Source of the DNA: Chara braunii
Taxonomy: Eukaryota > Plantae > Charophyceae
Length of the DNA: 64,000 bases
Reading direction: 5' to 3'
Assembly (NCBI GenBank): GCA_003427395.1
Contig: BFEA01000005.1
Coordinates: forward strand, 231,149 to 295,148
The notes beneath the pieces are model-generated. The model did not search any database and was not told the origin of the DNA. It worked only from the letters and a program-made list of their open reading frames with translations. The translations under genes were made by a program, and so were the position numbers. The first letter of the stretch is position 1. Each line of letters opens with the position of its first letter. Below, in pieces: positions 38,155 through 47,394 of the stretch.

Positions 38155-38730
38155 GTCTTGTATAAATCTTGGTAAGCCAATTTCTCTATGGGAATCGATG
38201 CCAAAATTTCTACAAAACCAATGAGTTAGTCAGATTTTATATGTTTCAGGGTCCAGTTTTTCTGACTTTTTAACTTAGTAAAAATTTGGGAAGCCTCCGT
38301 TTTTAAAGGGAGTGCTGCCCAAATTTTTGTTAATGCAGGGAGTTTGACAAAATTAGACTTTGAGAAGTCAAAATCATTTTTTGATTCTGAACTTAGCTTT
38401 GCATAAAACTTGAAATAACACTTTTTCTGCGGGAAGCGCTGCCAAAATTTTTACAAATTTAAGGAGTTAGTTAAATTTTGTCTTATTTGAACTCATGTCT
38501 TGTTTCTGAGTTCATATCTGACTTAGTATAAATTTGGGAAGTCTACCTTTCTAAAGAAAGTGCTGCCAAAATTTTTACTAATTTAGGGAGTTAGACAAAT
38601 TTTGACTTTCCAGAATTATAGTTTGAATTTTGTTTTCGTATTTGAGTTATTACAAATTCTGAGAAGACACTTTTCTTACGGGAAGCGCTGCCGAAATTTT
38701 TCTTAGATTAGAGGAGTTAGATTATATTTT
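38155..38730 (+). repeat. Second array: 5 x ~122-bp long-hairpin units with GGAAGYGCTGCCRAAATTT motif
   Basis: Motif near 38190, 38310, 38430, 38555 and 38680. The upstream arm (e.g. TAGTAAAAATTTGGG) pairs with CCCAAATTTTTGTTA. Confidence 0.8.
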
Positions 38731-40464
38731 GGGAGAGTGGCAATTCAAGCGATCCACTCTGCATAAAGGAGATTTTGCTAAAGATCTACCCTTTCTTTAG
38801 ACACTGACTTAGGGGTAGACGCAGTACGATGATTTTTGGTAGAATCATGATATGGAGATTACTCTCGATTTAGACTCATAGATTTAGCTTGGGGATTGGT
38901 CTGTCTTGTGTGACATGTCCTCTTGATGGATTGATTCAGGATTTGGGCTAGATTCAACTTGATCATACAAGAATCATCTTTTGTTATCACTGATAACAGG
39001 TCGGTTGTTGATTCGTTGGTTTACGATTCAACTTCAATCCACTCTTGTCACTCAACCTAAAGACTTTAGCCCTGTGGTTCGAAATGTTTCATTGTGTTTT
39101 TACCCGGACTTTATTAAATGGTCATTTAACAAAGGTACTGAATATTTTATTGCTGGAAGGGTGCGCTAAGGTTGAGGTTTATGTGGCTAAAGCAAGCGGT
39201 GTGAGCGCAGAGAATGCTTGAAGTTGAGCCCGTGTAGTGCATGAACTTTGGTTGAATCTTTGATGTGATTGCAAGTATGTTTGGTGTTTCAGATTGTGGA
39301 TTTGACTGACTGCAATCATACAGATATATATGGATGAGAGGAGTCTAACTGTGATTGTGAGAAGTGATCGTCACGTATTTCTAACCCTTTATATACATGT
39401 AAATACATATGTCTTAAGTGTTTCGCGCGACCTACTGCACGCAAGGGTTAAACAGATTATGTTTTTAACAGAAAAGGGAGATCCCTTGTTATCCTTTGTT
39501 TTTTAAAGGTTTTTATTGTTGAACGTTGTAGTCCGTGACAACCGTCAAAGTCAAACCCCTTGATTTCTCTTAGGCCCTGGATGATAGAACTGGTCTCCAG
39601 GGAAATAAGAGACGATTGTCACCACAGGTATGAACCTGTGTACCACCCTCTCTTCGTAGGGTGCAGAAGAGGGTGTGGGCGTCGAGAGATCAATCCCTCA
39701 AGGCGCGTGTCAGCCGACACTTGAGTGTCAAATGCGACCCTCGGGATTAACGAGGACCGCACGAGTATGGGTACTACATAGTACGCCATCATTGCGACTG
39801 CTTACGTATGCGTGCATGGCAAGTCGATATGAGTTAGCTCTGCGTTCGCGCGGTTTTATACTAAGTCTCGCGCGTGACGCCCATCCGATTTCCACATCGA
39901 AAAGTTATCGGATGGGTACTGAGGGACTAGGAGTGTTGCCACGTTGTTTGTCTTGTGTTGGTTTGTATATATGTGTGTATGTGTGTTTATTTATTTTTAT
40001 GTTCTTTAGAGTGGTATGCGTGTGGTGTGTGTGAGATGTGTCCTAGTCGACCGACGACGAGTCGCGCTTGGGACCTCAACCACCCAAGGCGTCGGTTCGC
40101 GTGAGGGTCTGATAGAGGCATAAAATCGCTCGTACCCCCTATGCTACAACGAACGAGAAACGTCATCGGTTGGTCCACCTCTGCGATTGCAGCTGATCAG
40201 CTTTCGTACTGTGGACTGGTAGCTCGGCGGGGATACGCCCACCGAAGGAAGGTGACAACTCCCGTAAGGTAGAGGTAAGTCGTGCCTCGCGTAGGCCCTA
40301 TCCTGTCGTAGGGGCTCGCGAGGCGTATGGATGGCGCACTCGACCGGAGCGGCTTGCGGAAGCTCCATGTGTATATCGAGACGCGGAATAAACCAACTCC
40401 TGCTTGACGCGGTCGGGAGGGTCCCGCCCCGTTTTCTGCGGTGCGGACCAATGCACTCGACAGG

Positions 40465-40483
40465 TGGCGCCGTTCCTGGGGAT
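40465..40483 (+). promoter_or_regulatory. Primer binding site, tRNA-Asp(GUC) type, element C
   Basis: TGGCGCCGTTCCTGGGGAT, 2 nt after the LTR-terminal CA. Confidence 0.88.
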
Positions 40484-42730
40484 AACGGTTGTCTGTCGTT
40501 GTCCCTGGTGGAACGACATCCGGGTATGAGAATGTGAGAAATAGGCAAAACGAGAAGTCTCTTTGGAGTTTTTATGGTTAATCAACTGATGGTATTGGAT
40601 AGAGAGTGATTAAGGGTTGACAGTGCGAGTTGGTTCTGTTTGATACAGTAAGGGTGGCACGAGAACAATAAACGCTTTAACTATGCGCTCACGTACTCTG
40701 ACTAGTATGTGGTAGTTGGAGTTGGTATGTCGTCTGATCCTGATAGCTGACGAGTTTGGACGATGGTTTGCATGCTTGATACAATTAAGATAGGATGAGG
40801 CGGTATCAACAGAGTTAAGTGTGATGGTTGTGGAAGTTGGTCCTATAAGGTACCTATTATGGTCGAAATGTTATCTGAGTGATTATGAGAGCAACTTGGT
40901 ACTTTTGTATTAGAGTGAGACCGAGGATGAGTAAGGGAGCCTATCACGTTAGAAGTCATTGAGGGACTTCGAGGAGAGTTAGGATAAGGGCGCTGAAAGT
41001 CTTTATAAACATAGATATGAGATCCTTGAGTCTGGGTTTTAAGCAGGTTGTTCGAATTATATAGTTGTGGAGGTGTGAAGTCTGCCCCGCGTGAGATGTT
41101 GTGAATTAGGCATATAAGGCGATAGGCAAATGCGATGAACAACGAGTTATGACTTTAACAGAAAAGACTACGGGAAGTAGTAGATCTGTATAACACCTTT
41201 TCGGCAAAAGGGGATATTTGATCCTAGAGGCAGTTGGGATAACAGTAAAAGAACCAGTGCTTAGACTATTTTGCTCACCCTTGATAGGGCGATGAGTTGT
41301 AGTTGATGTTAGACCTTTGCTTGAACCTTTCCAGGCTTGGACCATCCACTTGAATCTATGAGGCTGGAGCTAAGGACTTGAGGCTATTATCTTCTAAAGG
41401 CATTTTGTCTGAGTTATATATTGAACTCATTCATATATATCAGAGTTAATGTAAGTGAGTTTGTCAAGTGTCTAAATTATGTGAGGCTATGTGCTTGATG
41501 ATTACAAGAAATATTTACATAGGCTATGTATCTGAAGTATATATTTGGACTTATCAGTCTGCCAAAACTTATATGAGCGTCTCAAGTCCAATTATTAACT
41601 TATGGTTGTTTGTTAAGTTTATATGTTTGGATTGCCCTTCAAAGAGGGGTAAAGGCATTGCGCAGAATCCACGTGTGAGGCGGATTCAGAGGTGAATGGA
41701 GTGACCACTTCCCTGATATAAGTTTCTTCTCATAGAATGGTCAATGTGTAAGGTCTACCGCAAGGAAGATTGCAATCCTACATTATTTTTTTCCCCTGAG
41801 AGATGACTTTGAAGAAGTTATAATTTTGTCTTGTAGGTAGTCGTGAGACCCACGCCGGAACTCTGTTCCTGGTCCATAGTGGGGTGTTGTTGTTGTATCC
41901 TCTGTGATAAGAGGACCACACTACTACTGAATATGAGGAAAGTATTTGAGCCTTGTCTGACCATGGCCTACGAGGGAAACAACTACTATATGTTGCAGAG
42001 AGGTAGGGGGTGAATCCCAACTATTTTTGCGTCAAGTAGGTTCACCGGTACAGGACGGGATGGTGTATCCCGAAGAACGTATGGTGGGGTTGTTTACTTT
42101 GTCGGCAAGGGTCTGCAAGGAGCGAGTGCTGGAATCGGAGGGAGAAGCAGTGAGGCTTGATCCTTGAGTGGAGCTCGGGGGTTTGAGATGCTATTCATTC
42201 TAAAAAGGATTACACTGCCCCTCGTCATAGTATACTTTTGTCAAAGCCGGGGAATAAAGGGTAGTACTCTCACAAGAATTATGATTGAGAGTGCTATTTG
42301 TTAGCGACCTTGTTTTGATTATAATGTGCCTATTATATGATATGAATGTTGGGATAAACCTATTATTATGAGGTATACGATTTGGATAACTGAGTGGTTC
42401 GAGTATAAGGCAGTTGATATTTGTAAGTATTGTTGATGTCAGTTACTAAGGTAATATATTATTTCCATGAGTTAGAGTGATTATGGACATTTGATATTTG
42501 TAAATGTACTACTACCATGATATATTATCATTACTATTCCCTCTAAGCTGGGTGGTCGTAAACACTGAAAATGATAAAATTTTGTGAAAGGCGATTTGAA
42601 GTTAAGGCTTAAGTAGCAAGAAATTGTAGAATGCGATTGTTAGCATAATAACGGAAGACATATGCGGGATGTTTTTATGTGATGGACATAACCTAAACTA
42701 GAGTGAAGGCAACTCAGGATACCTTATGCT

Positions 42731-43393
42731 ATGGAAGATCCCAATATGACATTGCCTGTTAAAAGAGAAGATGACCTTAAAATTTCTTTGCGAAGGCGAG
42801 TCAAGGAAGGAGAATATATCTCTTCCTGGTGGGGCGCATCTATAGATAAGAGTATTTTCACATGGATCGAGTCCGGTTTTGATAATGGTAAGGACTGTGG
42901 GATCGTGAGGGTGACCTTGTATGCATCTTCCTCATTTTGGGTCAAGCATGGGATCGAGTTGACACTCGGGCATGGTAACCTACTTATAAGGCCTCTAAGG
43001 GAAGCCGAGGGAGCTGCAACGAAATGGGCAAGAGGAAAAATTTATGAGGGAGAGGAGCAGGTAGAGACTCGTATAGAGGTCAAGTCTGCCAAAAAGTTTG
43101 CACTTCCTTCAACCCCATTACGAGTTATCCTGCCTGAGTTTCTGGTAGAAAAGTGTTTCGGGGGACAGACAAGTGTAGAAGCCGCAACAAAAGCCACTTT
43201 GAAAACACGGGAATGGGGATATGCGCGGTATATGTGCGAGATTATATATGGTCCCTACCTGGACCAAAGGTCTATACCCCATAATCAAGGACTCATGAAT
43301 ATGATCAATATTGTTGATGCCTATGCAGACTCTTACGATCCAGATGAAAGGGTTGTAGACTGGGACGAGATTCGGACGATAGCGGGTAGATAG
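42731..43393 (+). CDS. Hypothetical 220-aa protein in the internal region of element C
   Basis: Intact ATG-initiated ORF with globular-looking composition; no motif recognised. Confidence 0.5.
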   Translation: MEDPNMTLPVKREDDLKISLRRRVKEGEYISSWWGASIDKSIFTWIESGFDNGKDCGIVRVTLYASSSFWVKHGIELTLGHGNLLIRPLREAEGAATKWARGKIYEGEEQVETRIEVKSAKKFALPSTPLRVILPEFLVEKCFGGQTSVEAATKATLKTREWGYARYMCEIIYGPYLDQRSIPHNQGLMNMINIVDAYADSYDPDERVVDWDEIRTIAGR

Positions 43394-43732
43394 GAAGTAC
43401 CCTCACACTCTGCCAACTGCATCTCTTGCAGACTTGTCCACGATCACCTCGTTATGCAATACGATTGCGAGGGTCAGTAACATTTGTAGCCGCGATTACA
43501 ACCGGCTTATGTCTGGCTTGAAAATCCTGCCTATATAGGTTGTATATTGTTCATAGTACCGTTAAAGTTAAAGCAAGGCTGACTAAAGTTTAGACCTTGT
43601 GGTGTGAGCGGGAAAGTAGTTAGTGTGAATTGAGTATTAGCAGTTTTTACTAGCCTCATTTGTTTTAAGTCTTTTTGCACCACGGTCTGATGATCGATTG
43701 CTTGTCATGCGTGTCAGACCAGTATAAACATC

Positions 43733-44854
43733 ATGGTTGAAGGAAGTGGCTTCGCTAAAATCTTGCACTGGAGGAGCTCGTGCCTCAACAAAGTGTCGCT
43801 GTGCGAGTCGGTACACGACTCGATGCCCCATGACCTTCGTGCCTTGCTGTTTCAGGGAAGGAGTTTGTCTGCCTTCCTATGCAACTATCACAACTTCAGT
43901 CTCATGAAGATGATGAATGAAAAATCGATGTGGAGCATGTTGCCATTGTTCGTTTGTGAAGAGTTGAGTGAGGAAGTGTATACTCTTATGTTAAAGTCGC
44001 AGACCTGGGGCGAGTTGGAGATTTCCTTGAGGTTAAGGTTTCCAGAAGGTGGAATAGAGAGTCCACATCGCGGGAAACACGTGCAGCCAGCTGAAGTTGC
44101 GTCAACACCAGGAGAGTTGAGTGGTATACAGAGGCAAGTTGGAATACTGAAAGAAAGGTTGACGCGACTGGAAGAGGCCAGGAAGGGCAAACGGAAGGTT
44201 TTAGAGGATGCCTCAAGTGAGCCGGCTGGTCAGGATGAAAGAGGAGCAGAGAGTGGTGACAGAGGGCCACCCCTCCTCAGGGGAACCACGAGAAAGCGGA
44301 CTAGTGCTCAAGGGAGACACGAGGGTAAAAAGGTGATTGAAGTAAAGGAGGAGCGTGATCATCCCAAGTCGACGAAGGCTCGGCAGAAGGTGAGGAACCT
44401 AGCGCTGGGAGGTCAAGGAACCGGAAAGGGGCAATGTTCGCGGCAAGTAGTGGCCACCCCGCAAGAATTGGGAGATAAAGCAACGTGGAAGAGACCTCTG
44501 TCAACCGAGGAGGCATTATATGGGCAGTGGATGCCATGCCATCAAATGAGTCTGTGGCCGATGTATAGTCCATATGTGTCATGGGCACAAGACAATTATT
44601 TGGATCCACAGGTAAGCATGATGCCGCCTAGGCCACCAACAGCCCAAACTCGACCAACTCAGTTTATGAGACCGTTGCAGCCGCCGACACAACAAGTGTC
44701 CCAAGGCAGCGTGGCTGATGGAGGAAGCCAAAGGCAGGAGGCTGGAAGGGGCCGCGGAAATGGCGGACGCGATAATAGAGGACGCGGTTACAGCAAGGGA
44801 GACACTGAAGGACGTGAGGGGCGCCAGCGAAACCATAATTGGAACGCAACGTGA
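43733..44854 (+). CDS. Gag-like protein (373 aa; helical N-part, coiled coil, basic and RG-rich tail)
   Basis: LFQGRSLSAFLCNY...MWSMLPLFV...TWGELEISLRLRF resembles a retrotransposon capsid N-terminal region; GRGRGNGGR tail; lies downstream of the PBS. Confidence 0.6.
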   Translation: MVEGSGFAKILHWRSSCLNKVSLCESVHDSMPHDLRALLFQGRSLSAFLCNYHNFSLMKMMNEKSMWSMLPLFVCEELSEEVYTLMLKSQTWGELEISLRLRFPEGGIESPHRGKHVQPAEVASTPGELSGIQRQVGILKERLTRLEEARKGKRKVLEDASSEPAGQDERGAESGDRGPPLLRGTTRKRTSAQGRHEGKKVIEVKEERDHPKSTKARQKVRNLALGGQGTGKGQCSRQVVATPQELGDKATWKRPLSTEEALYGQWMPCHQMSLWPMYSPYVSWAQDNYLDPQVSMMPPRPPTAQTRPTQFMRPLQPPTQQVSQGSVADGGSQRQEAGRGRGNGGRDNRGRGYSKGDTEGREGRQRNHNWNAT

Positions 44855-47313
44855 AAGGGGGCATGATGGTGGCAATTGCTATAGGGTAGAAAGATAGGGT
44901 TAGAGAGAATATAGTAGTGTGAGGAGGCGATTAACCCCCACCCTCTAGGCTATGAGGTTTTCAGCAAGAGGTCGGCCCTAGATCACTTGGGCTGTGTATG
45001 TACGTGGACATGAGATTTAAGATAGCGGGCTAACTGATCGTGTGAACCTAATTCCATGTCTTAGTCGGCGGGGTCCTGATTGTATAATGTATGAAGCTAC
45101 GAGATATATGTGCATGCTTTTAGCGCACCATGTGTATATGTTGAATCATAAGAGACTTTAGTTTAGATTAGATGAACATTTTTTAGGCTTTTGTGGCTGC
45201 TCAAGGATAGAATGGCTAGAACACGATCAAAGTATGAGAATGAGTCTTGTACGTGTATGGGTTGTTGAGGGCAAAAAATGGATGAGGGTATGGCTTAGAA
45301 CATATACTTGAGTGCAGTGAGTGATCATATGAGGATGCGATATTACTAAGAGCATTTGACTTTGATTGTGATGCTTGATTCTTTTAGACAAATACTTTGG
45401 GGGTATCACCTTGAGAGTCGAAGTAAGGTGATTGTGTTTTGGAAGCTAAGTTTCCTGTTAGCCATACTGCCTTGAGTTATAAGGGTGTACGCACCCATGC
45501 GTTTGTACATAGGATATGCATGAAATTTTGGTGAGTTTGAATCTGGGTTTTGAGAATCTATAGCCTATGAGAGATAAATATGTACAGCGTTCTTACTTGA
45601 GGTCATTATAAACTTTTTTTACTGACCAAGGCTTAGCGGACCTTGTGTCACTTTTGAATATTTTGGATATGTCTTGGATTACTTAGAGTCCTCTGACTTA
45701 AGGAGTGTGATTACGCCCTGACCAAGACAGTTTTTGTTTTAACTCTGGTCAGGGCGACCACAATTTTTGTGTGATAGCGGTGCCAGTTTGAGTTGAGATT
45801 GTTCAACTCTAACTATATATATGTAATTCAAGACCATATTTGGTTTGTTTTTTGAGTTGCGATATTACACCCCTAAGTGTATATTGAGTTGAGATTTTAT
45901 CTAAGACTATTCCCCTGTATATGACGATCACAATCATGTGTGGTTTAATCATGATGTATGATGGCTATGTGTGAGAGATGTATGAGAAACATCTCATATG
46001 CCGTGTATTTTGTGAATGTGAATGAATATGAACTGTCTACTCTTCGGTATACTCGTGCGATCTACCTTTGAGCGAATGATAGGGCCAGGTATAAGGAGAG
46101 AGAGTGCAGTCTGTCTCTGTAAAAAATGTGAAAATCCCAAGGGATTTATGAGTCTTTGAAACTCGAATGCTTACCATGCCAAATGTTTATGGATGAGTTG
46201 TGGTGAGGATCCATAAGTTGGTCTCTCAGTTCGAGTTGTTTTATGGTTAAAACATCCTCGAGAGAGGAAGATAGTCGTCTGTTTGTTGGGAGGTTTATCT
46301 AAGGAAGGTGTTTCAAGAGAAAGGTCGTGTGAGAGTTCATCCTGGAAACATAAGGGATGACTTGGAGACCTATTGAGTGAGACCTCCTTTATATGAAAGG
46401 TGGTTAATAGATTTAATGGCATGGAAAACCGGTTTTGAATGATGAAGACTGATGAGGAGGACCAAGTTTTTATTTGGCTATTGGTGAAATTTTGAAGGTC
46501 GTAAAAGTGATTTATTTGGGAGATGTCACTGAGAGGTAATTTTCTTACTCTGATCAAGTAGGGAGGTCACGACCTTGTGAATCTGGCGGTGATTTTGTTT
46601 TGTGAAAATGGAGAGGTTGCCGTGATTCTCTGTGTTGTCCCGCAGAGGACTGGTAAATACCTTTTATGTGTGAAAGACCTTTGCATAGTCCCGCAGTAGG
46701 CCTGTATTGTTGCGACAACCGTCCAACCACTTGTGCTAATCTTAGGGTATTTATGAGAATACCAAGTTAACGATAAAGTTTAGCATCACTAGGGCGCAAC
46801 CCCTAGTGTTGGCTGCTGATCGGCGTAACCTGAACAACGGGTCTACGTTTTGCCAAGGGGGTAAAGACTTAAAGGGGTGTGGCCACCTAGGAAGGTTTTA
46901 CTCCTGCGGAACGGTGTGGGATAGAAGTCGACTCGAGTCTTTTTGAGTTTCTGATTGAATGCTTATCAGGAGAAAGCCTATCGTGGCGCAACTTGCGATG
47001 GCACTACCACTAAAATAACAACACGGTGGGCCGTAGATCTGGCACGATCACCCAGACTATGGTGAACCAGGATGGAGACCCGACCTTCATGTACTAGACT
47101 GCAGAAAGAGTCTATGATGAAATTTGTATGTATATATATGTTTGATAGCGAAATTTGTTGGACGGAGGCAAAAATATCTCCAAAGGTCTCGGTTAGGGCC
47201 CGCGTTTCTGGTTATGGCCCTGCTTGCAGGATAGAGAGTAGGGACACCTAACAAGGAACCGGCGTTTGTCTATGACAAAGGGGAGAGGACAGTTGAGGAA
47301 TCCATCTAGGACT

Positions 47314-47394
47314 TATGTTGTAGTATAGTGATGAGTATCCCACTGTTCTAGTGTCAAAATGATGGAGACCCAGGTTGGAATCCTGACAGCATAA
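47314..47394 (+). ncRNA. tRNA-Asp-like cloverleaf in 3' UTR of element C (not a functional tRNA gene)
   Basis: TATGTTG-TAGTATAGTGATGAGTAT-CCCACTG...GG-AGAC-CCAGG-TTGGAAT-CCTGA-CAGCATA; D and T regions follow plant tRNA-Asp, acceptor stem changed on both strands. Confidence 0.78.

Larger units (their letters stand above)
32500..40462 (+). repeat. 5' LTR of element C (7963 bp)
   Basis: Colinear with 47550-54446; ends CTCGACA immediately before GG and the PBS. Confidence 0.9.

Noticed and set aside
11620-46460. Hammerhead ribozymes at CTGATGA sites (e.g. ~11622, ~17626, ~26230, ~46449)
   Set aside because: No properly placed GAAA core or stems I-III seen by eye
47314-47394. Functional tRNA-Asp gene
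   Set aside because: No 7-nt anticodon loop with GTC, T loop TTGGAAT breaks the B box, and it is embedded in a retroelement
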